Below, one piece after another: positions 38,665 through 50,696 of a stretch of DNA of 64,000 nucleotides (positions within the stretch are counted from its first letter, which is position 1; the number at the start of each line of letters is the position of its first letter). This DNA comes from Stegostoma tigrinum (lineage: Eukaryota): the NCBI RefSeq assembly GCF_030684315.1, contig NC_081379.1, forward strand, positions 43,481,404 through 43,545,403. Direction: 5' to 3'. Both the position numbers and the translations under genes were made by a program. Below the pieces are notes generated by a model. The model saw only the letters and a list, made by a program, of their open reading frames with translations, had not been told where the DNA came from and did no database searches.

Positions 38665-38781
38665 GGACTGCGGAAAAGAGAGCTGCTAAAGGAAATGCTT
38701 CCTGTGATTGGACAGAATCTCCGATTCCAGAGACTCTTCACGGAGTACCAGGACCAGCTGGACCTTCTGAAAGACAAGTAG
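38665..38781 (+). CDS. HIRA: HIRA terminal coding exon (GLRKRELLKEMLPVIGQNLRFQRLFTEYQDQLDLLKDK*)
   Basis: atgcag acceptor, in-frame TAG at 38779-38781; matches the HIRA C-terminus. Confidence 0.96.
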   Translation, partial: GLRKRELLKEMLPVIGQNLRFQRLFTEYQDQLDLLKDK

Positions 38782-39526
38782 CATTACCCCGTAGTTTTTT
38801 TTCTTTGAGGATCAGACTGTGCTAGTTCTCGGGGAGATTTGCTGTGGTCAGCTGGTGACCCCGTTTGGGAGAGATGGACTTGTGAGGATTTGGGGTTCGA
38901 CCTGGGAGAGCCGCCTACGTTTAGTTCCACCAAGCTGGCCTACCTCAGGTCGCGACGTTATCGCGGAAACGGCGTTGCTGGTCTGAATGCATCACTTCGC
39001 AACTAGAGACCGTGCAGTGCACGTGTACACAGTTGATCTGCGGCGGTACTGCAGGACATGGGTGACCGGGCGGCCAGTGCTCCAACCCAGTGTTTGGTTG
39101 GAGGTGACCAAGATTGATGACTCTACCCAACTTGTACACTGGCCTCCTTACTTACCAGATAGAGTGACTTCGCACCCTGTGCCCACAATAAGCTACCAAG
39201 TCAAATGCTGTATGACACTCAGCAATTTACTGGTTGTTCCTTTCCATAGAGAGGAAAGGGCAACGTAGATGTGAAAGCCATCAGGCTTCAAGTCTCCTCA
39301 GTTAGAGGATGAGCTGCTGAGTTCAGACTTTTCACCGTGTAGTTTTCAGTTTGCCTGATGTACTAAGTTACACATTTGTTTACTGTCAGTCGTTGTTAAA
39401 AGTGTGAATGCGAGAAAAAGAAATTCTAATGAGTGACCATGAATATGGCAAAGTTGTACAGAAACCTAATCCGCCCTTTGGTACCTTTTAACTTTATACA
39501 GGCAATTTTTTTGTTCTTTTTTATAA

Positions 39527-39532
39527 AATAAA
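39527..39532 (+). terminator. Candidate HIRA polyadenylation signal AATAAA
   Basis: AATAAA about 750 nt after the stop, U-rich upstream and GU/U-rich downstream. Confidence 0.55.
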
Positions 39533-41809
39533 GATAGAATATTGTATCTCTGTTTTCCCCTGTTGGAATTACAACATTCCATACGAGGCAACCCATGTAG
39601 AAGTATGTCTACTTATGTGTTAACCAAGCCCTGGTGTAGGCAAAGAATACAGATTGTTCTTGCTGAACTGAACAGTGATTAATATGATGATAAATGCTGC
39701 AACACTGAAGTCACAGTGAAACTATCTGAATTTTGTATGAAAGTCAAGTTGATCAAGGCTGTGTCTACAGTTGAGCAGCCTGCAGCCCCATCTTGAAACC
39801 ACGAGAGCCTCAAGGTTTCACGTTTGACTTTTCAATACCCTGAACGTCTAATTGAACGTCAGCAGCTGTGATCTGAGTATTGCAATGGAGCAACAGCACC
39901 CTCTTTCCTGACTCTTAAAAGCATAACTCCGAAGTTTCAACCCTGAACTACAGACCATTTACTGCAACACAAACACCTCTGTCCTTCCTCTTGTTGACGA
40001 CCATCCTTCTGCTATCCTGAATTCTCAACACCTTGTGGTATGACAACTTCCTGGAATGTTTGATCCAGGAAACACATCCTTCCCAAAGCTCCAGCTGCCC
40101 CTCAAGCTCAGAGTTTAGTAGTAATAGACATTCTCTACACACACGAGCCCCCAAGGCACATGAAATATCTTGATTTCCAATGTGATGCACTAACTACCAG
40201 CAGTAGGTCTTATCTACTCATTACAGCCTTAAAAGAAACTTGATTTTTCTTACAATCTAGTTGTACCTTTTTTAAGCTTAATTTTAATTAATGTTTCTTG
40301 ATGTGTTGTGTGCTACTGCTTACGTTATTAATTTACTTGCCATGATTTCTGATTTTAGTTTTTTGGCTCCTAGTTTGAGATAATGAGAAATATTTACCAA
40401 ATAATCACTTGTTTCCCTGTCATGTTACACCTTGAGTTTTGTTTTAATCCAACTGCCTGATACAATTTGCTTCGAATTGATTTACACATTGTCAAACTCC
40501 TTCACCACTGCCCCCTGTGTAACAATCAGCTCTTGCTCCTACCTCTGCCTTGTTTTGCTTTTTCTTGCCCTGCTCTCACTCAGCTCTCCCTGTTCGCTGC
40601 TGGTCTTGTGCTTGTTCTGACACCGTTGTTAACTTCCCACTGAGCTCACACTGCTGGAGTAAATTGAAAAACAACCCAGAATGGACTTGAGCGTTATTTG
40701 CTTTCTGTTTGCAGAGTTACCTGCGCTGTGTACAATCTTGTACGGGAATATTTTTAAGCTGGGCAGCATCACAGTATATGAGGCTGAATTATCTGGATAG
40801 CTCTCTGTTGGTACTGCTGGGGTCTAATCAGGGAGACTATGAAAGAGCAATACTGGAGACAATGGGGTATTGCTCGTGACCATACTTGGGTGGGTGGATT
40901 GGTGGGTTTGCATATTTAGTTCACCGTCATTTCTCCCACGATGGGTAAAGCACTAGCAAAGAAACGGACATGAGCAACAGTAGACCCAGGCTGTCTCCTG
41001 GGGGTTGCCCTATAAATAAGGCCCATTAAGGACATAGGATGGACTGGTAAACCCTTTTATGAGAGGCCTAATCCTCCTGAGATTTTTGAATTAAAGTTAG
41101 GAGAGTTAGCAGTTGATAACTTGATCTCTCTAATGTCTATTATTGCAATGTGAAATTAACTGGATAACATTTTTTTGTTGAATAAGCTCCTAATATTCCT
41201 TGGTGGTGCCAGCAAGGTTCGGCCTCCTGGGCCCATCTGCTCCAGGCCTGCTTCCTGCTTTTTCTCCTTACCGTTTTTGTTCTCTTGCTTTATTTATCCT
41301 CCTTCTTCATCTTCTGGTCAGGGGAGGGGCGGTAGGTGACATCACGGGGGGAGTAGCCAGAGTGGGCGGTGGCCTGGAATGGCAGGATGTCATTGGTTAG
41401 CTGGCTTGGGACTCATGGAGGCAGCGAAGATGAACCTTCTTTCAGCTTTACCTTTTTATTCTTTTCATTGACGTATTCGAATGTTGTGGGATTGTGATGA
41501 CAGTTGAAGCTTTTTACTGTATTTTACCATGTTATTCGTTGTAGAGTACAAGTGGTGATGAATCAAATCATTAAATTGTGACGTAAATAATATTGATCCT
41601 GACAGAAATGCCATGGATTTTTGAAAGGGTCTTCCTTTCCAACATTGTGTGAAATAGCACTAGCAATCTGTATCTGTGGTTATAGAAGGGTTAATTGGAG
41701 CAGGCTTGGGGGCCTGAAAAGCCTCCTGTTTCTGTGGCACTAAGTTGCTCGAGCTCCATGTAAATTGCATTCAAATTCATGTTTCCAAAGTGACATGCCC
41801 GGTTGTATT

Positions 41810-44240
41810 TTTCTTAATTCGTTCTGGGATGTGAGCTTCACAAGATCAGCATTTATTGCACATCCCTAATTAGTAAGCCACCGTCTTGAACTGCTGCAGT
41901 TACACTTCAAGAGAATGTTCCAGGATTTTGAAGCAGCAACAGTGAAGGAACAGCGATGTAGTTCCAAATCAGATTGGTATGTGACTTGGTAGAAAATTTG
42001 AAGGTGGTGATTGTCTCATGTCGACTGCCGTTGTCCTTCGAAGGCATGAATTCAGAAGATATTGTCAAAGGAGCCTTGGTTAGGTACTGCAGTCCTTCTT
42101 GTAGATGGTACACATTGCAGCTATGATGTGCCACTATTGGAGGCCATCAGTGTTTAAAGTGATGGATGGGGTGTCAATCAAAGGAACTACTTTGCTTCAG
42201 ATTGCCAGTGAGTTTCTTGAGTGTTGTTGGAATTACACTCATCCCTGGCAACTGGAGAATATTCCATTTGTCTCCTGCTTTGTGATTTTTAGATATTGAT
42301 AGCGGTATTTGGAGGTGATTTACTTACAGAAGAACATAGAACATTACAGCGCAGGGATGATTTGCTCTTGCTCTTGCTCTTGCAGTCAGTGGGTCTTGAA
42401 GTTTATCACTCATGGTAACTCCTTGGATGGTGATAGTAGAACAATTCTGAGCCAATGTCACCGAAGGAATGGTGATATATTTCCAACTTGGGATGGTGAC
42501 TGGCTTGGAGGGGAACTTGCAGTTGGTGGTGTTCTCATATGTCTGCTGTCCTTGTCCTTCTAGATGGGGAGGCAATGGCCTAGTGGTGTTATCGCTGGAC
42601 TATTAATCCAGAGACCCAGATAACATTCAGGAGACCTGAGTTTGAATCCTGCCTCGGCAGATGGTGGAGTTTGAATCCGATAAATATTTGGAATTAACAG
42701 TCTAATGGTGGCCATGAATCCATTGTCAATTGTTGGAAAAATCCATTTGGTTCACCAGTGTTCCTTAGGGACGAAAACTGCCATCCTTACCTAGTTTGGC
42801 CTGCATGTGACTCCAGACCCACAGCAATGTGGTTGACTCTTAACTGCCCTCTGGGCAGCTGGAGATGGGCAACAAATGCTGCCTGGCCAGTGATGCCCTC
42901 ATCCTGTGAATGAATAAAGAAAAAAGGAATCAGCAATGGTTGTCAATTGAATGTCAAAGAGAGCTGGATGAATTCTCTCTTGTTGGAGTTAGTCATTGCT
43001 TGGTGCATGTGTGACACAAATGTAATTTGACATTTATCAACATAAGCCCGAGTGCTGCCCAGATCTTGCTACTAGGGGCTTTGGTTCCTTCATATTCTGA
43101 AGTGACCAGTCTTGAAGACTGCAGTGGTCAGTGAACATCCCCACTTATGACCTTATGTTGTTTTAAAAAATCAGTTGTGGGGTGGGGGTGTCACTGGCAT
43201 TTATTGTGTGTCCCTAGTTGCCCTGAGAAGGTTCTGTTGAGTTCCCTTTTGAATTGCACTCCATATGCTGTAGATAGATCCACAATGCTGTTAGGGAAGA
43301 AATTCCAAGATTTTGAGCCAATGGCGCTGAAGGAATGGTGATACATTTCCAAGTTGGGATGGTGACTGGCTTGGAGGGGAACTTGCAGTTGGTGGTATTC
43401 TCATATGTCTGCTGTCCTTGTCCTTCTAGATGGAAGTGGTTATGGGTTTGGAAGGTGCTGTCTAAAGGTCTGTGGTGAACTTCTGCAATGCAGTGCTGCT
43501 GCTGAGTGTTGGTGGTGGAAAGAATAGATGTAGCCATCAAGTGGGCTGCTTTGGTTTGGATAGCATCATGATTCTTGAGTGTTGTTGGAGCTACACTCAC
43601 TCAGGCATGTGGAGGGTATTCCATCACACTCCTGCCTTGTGCTTTGTTGATGGTGGACAGGCTTTGGGGATTCAGGAGGGTAGTTACTGTCTGCAGTATT
43701 CCTAACCTCTGTCCTGCTGCTGTAGCCTCTATTTATGTGGTGAATCCAGTTGAGTTTCTGGTCAATGGTAACCCCCAGCATGTTGATAGTGTGGGATTCA
43801 GTGATGATGAGACCATTGAATGTCAAAAGCAGTGGTTAGATTTTCTCTTATTGGAGATTACAATTGCCAGAGGGAAGGTTACTGATAAAGCAAGTAGAGA
43901 TGCATGGGCCTGGGATATAATAATGAGAAATCTTTGTAGGCTGAAATAACTGATCTCAAGCAACCATTTTCCTTTCTCTGAGGTAAGCTTCCAACCAGTG
44001 AAGAGTTGACCCAGGTGCCTTTGACTTCATGTTTGCTAGATATCACTATTTCTATGCTCAGTCAAATGCTTCCTTGATTTGCAAGGCAGCCAGTCTTATA
44101 TCACCTCTTGAATTTAGCACCCATTGGCCATATTGCAATCAAAGCTTTGATGAGATCTAGAGAGTAGTGACCCTGGCATTCGTACTGACCATCAGTGTTA
44201 CACTTGATAGCACTGTCAGTGACATTTCTCATCACTTTGC
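41810..44240 (-). mobile_element. Cluster of antisense L2/CR1-clade LINE fragments
   Basis: ORF 43566-43826 (LGVTIDQKLNW) and repeated 3'UTR pieces homologous to 55500-55790. Confidence 0.75.
42567..42925 (+). mobile_element. tRNA-headed SINE-like element sharing 5' and 3' ends with the LINE at 53028
   Basis: tggcctagtgg A box, gagtttgaatcc B box, tail gggcaacaaatgctg...gaatgaataaag. Confidence 0.7.
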
Positions 44241-44527
44241 AGAGAACTTCTATGGGCTACATAAGCAAAGTTGTTGCCATAGTCCCAGAGGACCGTAGGG
44301 GGCTGCTCTCTCATTAGAGAGAGACCAGTGGTGGTGATTTAACCCAAGGGTCACCACACATCAGGGAAGGGATGAAGTTGAGAAGGTGGGACCTCAGTCA
44401 GTAAGTGAAAATAAGCTCAATTTCTCTCACTGGGGAATTGTTTATTTTACAGTTTGTTTCTGGCCATTATTTGTAGATTTCCAAAAGTGGAGCTGAAAGC
44501 TGGTGGTGGAGCACTTTGACACTCTGC

Positions 44528-44543
44528 CCACCAGAGGGCAGCA
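44528..44543 (+). promoter_or_regulatory. CTCF-like motif CCACCAGAGGGCAGCA
   Basis: Close match to the CTCF core consensus in non-repeat sequence. Confidence 0.45.
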
Positions 44544-44736
44544 ATAGCCAACCTATCATTGCAAGACTGCACCTATCTGGTGTGGCAGTGATGTCAATTT
44601 CAGTTCCTCGACAGTCAATTCAAGAGCAAATTTCAGCTTTTATTTTACAGTACATTAAACCTCTGACTGTGTACTAACTTATCTCTGAGAGAAGGGAAGG
44701 CTGTCATTCACAGAGATTTTCAAACACTGGAAACCA

Positions 44737-44826
44737 GAAGGGTCTAGGCCCGAAACGTCAGCCTTCCTGCTCCTCTGTTGCTGCTTGGCCTGCTGTGTTC
44801 ACCCAGCTGTACACCTTGTTATCTCA
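44737..44826 (+). mobile_element. PLE pLTR fragment, hammerhead 5' core truncated
   Basis: gaagggtctaggcccgaaacgtcagc... homologous to 27090-27177. Confidence 0.7.
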
Positions 44827-45096
44827 TAGTCAAGGTTAGATGCAGATGAAAGTTCCCTTGTAATTTCAATCTCCCTACCCTTTTGCTAACCAAGTTTTCC
44901 TCCTGACACCATTTCCAAAACTGCCTTCCCCCAAACCATGCTGAGATTCCACTTGCCTTGTTCATTTTTATCTCAACCTTAAGGAGTCACTTCCACACTT
45001 GAACTTCACATTAAAAAGAAACAATGTTTTACAACTGCAACCATTGAAATGGAGATGGCCTTTTTGATAAGCATCAAGTTGGAAATTACTAAGTTG

Positions 45097-45272
45097 AAAA
45101 CACCAAATGCTGGAAATCCCAACAGGTCAAACAGCATCTATGGAGAACGAGTCGTCTAGACTTGAAATGTTAGCTTAAGTCTCTTCATGGATACTGCCTG
45201 ACCAGCGGTGTTCTCCAGCATTTGCTGTTTTGGGTACAGATTCCAGCATCTGCAGTAATTTGTTTCTACATT
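45097..45272. mobile_element. Older palindromic PLE-derived insertion
   Basis: Inverted arms; TSD ttactaagttg at 45086 and 45277. Confidence 0.6.
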
Positions 45273-47169
45273 GAAGTTACTAAGTTGTTAGGGAAACTGT
45301 CTTGTTAAAAGATTCACTCAGATCGTCTTATTATTCACCTGCAACTTGGCACCATCCTGTTTTATCAAGCCTCCAGTTTCCAGCCAGTAATATCTTCATG
45401 TGTCACCCTACATTATTCTTTCCTGTCAGATGATGTTGCAGTGAAGTTCCACAGCATGTTTTACTACATTAGAAAGGTGTTGGGTAAGGTCAAGTTTTAT
45501 TGAAATGCTGGTATTTCCACAGAATGCATTGTGCCTTCTAGTCTTTGTCAAAAATATTATTATAAACACATAAAAGGTGGAGATCTCACCAGCTCTCTTG
45601 AAGTTTAGAATGATTCATTATTTGTCTGATCAGTTAAACATCCATATTAAGTCTTCAAAGAATGGGGCATCTTATTACTTATGTTATCTTCCATTTCTCT
45701 TGATTTGTTACTAGCACAAAGCAGGAAGAATTCTACAGGTTCCATTTCTTGTGTTTTGCAAATGACAGTTGTGTTTACAGGAACCTGGTGAGGAAAAAGT
45801 GCAAAGATTTTGCTGCTTTCTCTTTTTAAACAGACCAGTCAACATATCTTGGTGCATTCCCATCTTATCATATTTTATTTTGACATTTTATTTCTACGAT
45901 TGTGTTTGACCATATTAAAGCATTTTAAAGGCTGATTGTATTTTTGCTTAATAAAAAAATTGGGGGGGGGAAATGTTTGTAAAAAGACACATATACGTTT
46001 AAAGGAAACCTTTTTTAAAAAGAGCTTGGCCTGTAAGTTTAATAAAATGGAAGCACCCAAACTCTTTAAAGATTTTTTTAAAAATCAGTTCTCAATTTCC
46101 ATTTCAACCCAGCGTTTGAAACACCACATAATAAGTTTTGGATCGGAGACTATCAATGCAATATGTAATCAACTTTTAATCTAAAAGTTAAGAATGGCTT
46201 TGTTGAACAAAAAGTAAAAGGCAAACAGACTTCTAAGTTTTAAAGTCTTTTTCTGGAATTGGATAGACTTTGTATTGGCACCCCAATATAAATCTTTATA
46301 TGAGTTTCTGTTTTACAAATGTCTAATCAATTGTAGTCTGTTTTGTTTTGCATTGTTGGTTACCAGAAAAATCAGGCTATTGACTATATCATCTCATTGC
46401 GAACCATACAGGCTACAAACACTGTTGAATTTACCACAGAAATCCTTTGAAGTAAATTGGTTTTGAAAATTTCATTCTGAGATTCATGCGTTTAGTTCTG
46501 GTGATGTCAGCAGCAAATTGCACATCACATTTAATCAAGAAATACACTTATCCTGTCATGAATGTGACATTTTCTCATTCAATTTGTGGATCATGGGGAT
46601 AGTTATGATTTTTTTTTAAATTTCAGATTCAGAAAACTATTTTTGCCACTGTAACTTGCTTAACCTGTACATATTCGTCTATCTTTGTTTATGGTATCTT
46701 TCCCCTGAGGTTTCAGGAGAACATAATGAGTTTTAATTATGTTCTTCAGGGAATTATGGTCTGTGATAAAACCTTGATTGTTCAAATTGCTCACAAATAC
46801 ATTATGCTGAGGAACAACACAAGATTTATGTTGGGAAATTTGATATTCTGATGGATTGTACAGGCTGAAAACTTGGGGTAAAATGTGTTAAGGACTGAAC
46901 TCTGTCCATCTTCAATATGTGCTCATCAATATTATCAACCTGTCTCCATTCCCTGATATGGTTCCTACATTCTAAAATTTAAAAAAGAAAAACTATCCAT
47001 TCTCTGGAATTATCACTCCAACTTCAGTCATCTTTTCTGAAATCTTGGATATGTTGTTGACTGAGAGAACTGCATTCTCTCGCATCTCAGTTTTGTTAGC
47101 TAAGCTATATGCATGGGGAGGTGTGTTAAAGTCCCTTGTAAAGTCTCAGTTGGGCTCCAAACTGCATTT

Positions 47170-47300
47170 TGGACATGATGTGGAGGTGCCCGTGTTGGAC
47201 CGGGGTGGATAAAGCCAGATCTATTTGATATCACAAGCTTTCAGAGTACTGCAAAAGCTATTGATTTAAAATCAATCTATTGGACTATAACCTGATGTCC
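47170..47300. mobile_element. Fragment of a probable second PLE pLTR family
   Basis: gacatgatgtggaggtgcc..gttggac and tattggactataacctg motifs with a decayed gaaagct core. Confidence 0.4.
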
Positions 47301-49689
47301 TATTTTGGATTTAACCAGGATGCATGACTCAATAGTGTACTAAATATTTTTAAAAAGCATTTTGTGAAATGTTTGTTGAACAATTATTAACAAAAAGAAA
47401 GGAAGATAGTTATCTTAGAAAGGTGTTTTTTTTAAATAAGGGAAGAAGGATATCACCAGATGGTTCCCTAGATTATTAGAGTTCTCCTTGGTATGTACAT
47501 TACCAAATCTATGAATAACATTGCACCAGTGCGGACCCTCCAGTCAATCACTCCATCAATTTCTTTGCAGTCCTCAATGATAGACCAGTCCACTCCATGG
47601 AGAGCAATTAGTTTCTGTGCCCTTTTAAGTCCAATTTCTGGCTCCATTTTCACCTTCTAAGGCCTCCATCCATGTGGTTCAACATGTGAGTCTAACAAAC
47701 AAGATCACACACTACTGACTTGGACATTGATCGGCATTTATTCATTGTCATTGAGTCAAAATCCTGGAACTTCCTACATAATAAAACTGTGAGAGTACCT
47801 TTCATGCATAGCCTTTAGCAGGCAAAATGGGCAACCCATCATCACATTCTCGAAGACATTTCAGGATAAGCAATGTATGCTTGCCTTACCCCAGCACATA
47901 GACCACCTGAATGAATAAATAAAGAAATGAAGATCCGGGCTGAGAAGTTCAAGCTGACTTCCATTCTTTGTCTTATCGCACTAAGACAATGCCCTGTATG
48001 AATGAACCACAACATTTTCATCTTCAATTCTTCTCAATAAAGGATAGCATTCCCTTTGTTGTCTTAATGACTTGCTATACCTGCATACTAAATTTTTGTG
48101 ACTCACGCATCAGCATATTTAATCTCTGTGCCTCTGAATTCTGTAGTTTGTCCTTTAAATAATAATCTGGGTATTTATTACTTCACATTTTCCCAGATTT
48201 CATGCTGTCTGCTGCATCTTTTCCCACTTCGTCATCTTAGTGATCAGTTTGAATCCTTATTATGTCATCTTCACAATGTACTTTCCTACCTGGCTTTGTA
48301 TCATCTGCAAATTTTGCCATTTCTCTTGCAGAAAACATGCAAATTATGGAAAATTGCCACTGATGGTTCTACAAGTTCAGGAGCTACCACTTTAAAGATG
48401 CCAGGGTGAAGTCCATTAAGGTCAACAGCATGACATATTCCAATGAGGAAGAAGGATCGTAGGAGGGCGATATCCAACCACAATTAACCAGGAAAGTTAA
48501 GGATAGCATCAGATTGAACGAAAACAAAACCTACATTTTGGCAAATGTTAACGATAAGGCAGGGGAGTGGGAAAGTTTTAAAAAGAGGGAGAAAATAAAC
48601 TTTGAGGCTAAACTGCAAGCCTCACAGCACAATCAATGATATTCTTGCACTGCAACAACAAAACTGGTAATTGCTGGAAAAACACTCAACAAGTCTGGCA
48701 GCACGCATGGAGAGAAAACAGAGCTGACATTTCCTGTCTAGTGACCCTTCTTTGTTAAAGGATTGAGAGTAAGCCAGGAAAAATAAACAAAAATGAAAAT
48801 AATGATGGTGAACAAAAAAAAATGACAGAAATATTTTATTGGAGAAAGGAGCAGAACATCTTTAAGTTGGGCACACCTGGAAGAGAAGTGACAGTGAATT
48901 AAACACTAAAACGAAAAGCTAATGCTGGGTTACACTTCCTACGATGCTGTTTCTTTACCTTCAGGTGTGGTCACGGTGTCTCCACATCCATTTTTTTAAA
49001 AAAATCATTCAAGAGCTGTTGGCTTCATTAGGCCAGTATTTCTTTCCCTTCTCTCACTGTCCTTGAAAAATTTGTGATGAGCTACCCACTTGAATAGCTG
49101 CATACATTTGGCACAGCTCAAAGTTTAGTGAAGGAGTTCCAGGATTTTGACCCGGCCGCGCGAAGGAACGGCAATACTCTGTTCAGTTGGCTGGATGGCT
49201 GGTTTGCAGTGCAACAAGATACCAATAGTTTGGGTTCAATTCCCCTACAGCTGAAGGACTATCCATCTCAACCTTGCCCCTGGCTAAGGCTTGGTCTCAG
49301 CCAAACCCCACCACCAGTCTCTCTAATGTGAGAGCAGGAGCGAAATTCCGCAAGTACTCTTGGTAGATTTAAGGAATTTTAATCAGTCTGTTCAGACATA
49401 TTGCCACACACCTTCTTGTTATGTAGAATTTGAACACGGACTGCCTAGTCCAGAGGTAGGGACACAACCGCACCACAAGACCCCGTTTTCGAAAGAGCAT
49501 TTTTTATTTGTTTGTCGGCTGTGAACATGGCTGACTGGCCATTTTATTGCTTGTCCCTAGTTACCCTGATTTCATTGCCATTTGAATGCATGCGATTGAC
49601 TTTCCCAATCTTTGAAACCTATTTTCAATGTTTAGCAATTTATTGACTGAACGATGAATTTATAGGCGTGCACTCTTCCTATTATCTAC

Positions 49690-50287
49690 TCAGAACAGTC
49701 GTCCTGTGCACTGTCCCAAACAGATTCTCGGTGGTGGAGTCAATCTGCAACCCCAAATCAGAGTTTGCCTAATCCTCCGATTGTAGCTGTCTGATAGTTA
49801 AATATCCAGTTTTCGTCAGTGATTCACTTCTGGAGTTTCGAGTTGAGTGTCTGCTCACAGTTTGGGGGCTATGGTGCAGAATATACTGACGGGCAATCTC
49901 AGATTTTGGCTGGTACTAGGAGACAGCTGTGTGTCCCAGGTCGACCCCAGTCGATGTCAACACACACAGCAAAAACAAAGTTGCTGGAGAAGCTCGGTGG
50001 ATCTGATAGCATCCGTGAAGAAAGCAAGGGTTGATGTTTCGGGTCTGGCGACCCTCCCTTAGAACACAGTCGATGTCAAGTTTATTTCAATACTTTTTCC
50101 CAGGGCTAGGGGTTTGTTCAGGAGAATAGTCACTTTTGAGCCTGTACACGAAGGAAGATGTTGAAAGCTTCAGACACACAAAACAAAACGTCACTCACAG
50201 CAAATCATCTAGGTACAAAACATTGCAGAAAGATTTACCTGACATTAAAAATATCAGCACGCTGCCAACGTGAAATCACTCAGACAT
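49690..50287 (-). pseudogene. Decayed immunoglobulin-light-chain-like leader + germline-joined V-J pseudogene
   Basis: 49-nt phase-1 leader exon 50287-50239 (MSE*FHVGSVLIFLMSG, gtaaat donor); V exon from the acceptor at 50141. With the TE at 49961-50066 and one TSD copy removed, a single frame reads ..VS*YQPKSEIARQYILH..TGYLTIRQLQSED*ANSDL..DSTTENLFGTVHRTTVL, then A|gtagat. Confidence 0.65.
49961..50066 (-). mobile_element. Older PLE-derived insertion interrupting the Ig-like V exon
   Basis: 13-bp TSD cagtcgatgtcaa at 49948-49960 and 50067-50079; stem II GGGTC-GCCA-GACCC-GAAAC on the - strand. Confidence 0.75.
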
Positions 50288-50696
50288 TGTGAAGGTTGAG
50301 ACGAGAACCAAAAGATTAATTCAGGCTGCTGCATAAAACGGACAATTATCCAATCCCTCCTGTCATTTTTTTTATTCACCGTAATAAGCAGTACGGTGTG
50401 TCTGTACCTTACAAACCCTTCCTACGATGACAGAACTCAATTGGACAATCTGAACTAATACGAAATCTGCTCTAACAAGAAAGTTACCTATCTTCCAGAA
50501 GTAACAGTGTTAGAGCATCAACAGTTCTGAACTTCCAGAAATTACCAACACAGATTAGCCAACATGATAACAACCATTTTTGCAGGTCGGCTTCAGTAAT
50601 ATGAATTGTTAGGTTCCTGATACACGTATAAATTCGTAATCTAACGGGTGCAAATTCCACTTTTAAGAGATCAAATCTCATTTTTTGGTCAACAGA

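Noticed and set aside
45560-45825. - strand frame KIFALFPHQVPVNTTVICKTQEMEPVEFF...FMCL as a decayed Ig constant exon for the V-J pseudogene
   Set aside because: Cys spacing is roughly plausible, but there is no conserved Trp, there are internal stops and the acceptor is poor; indistinguishable from chance by eye
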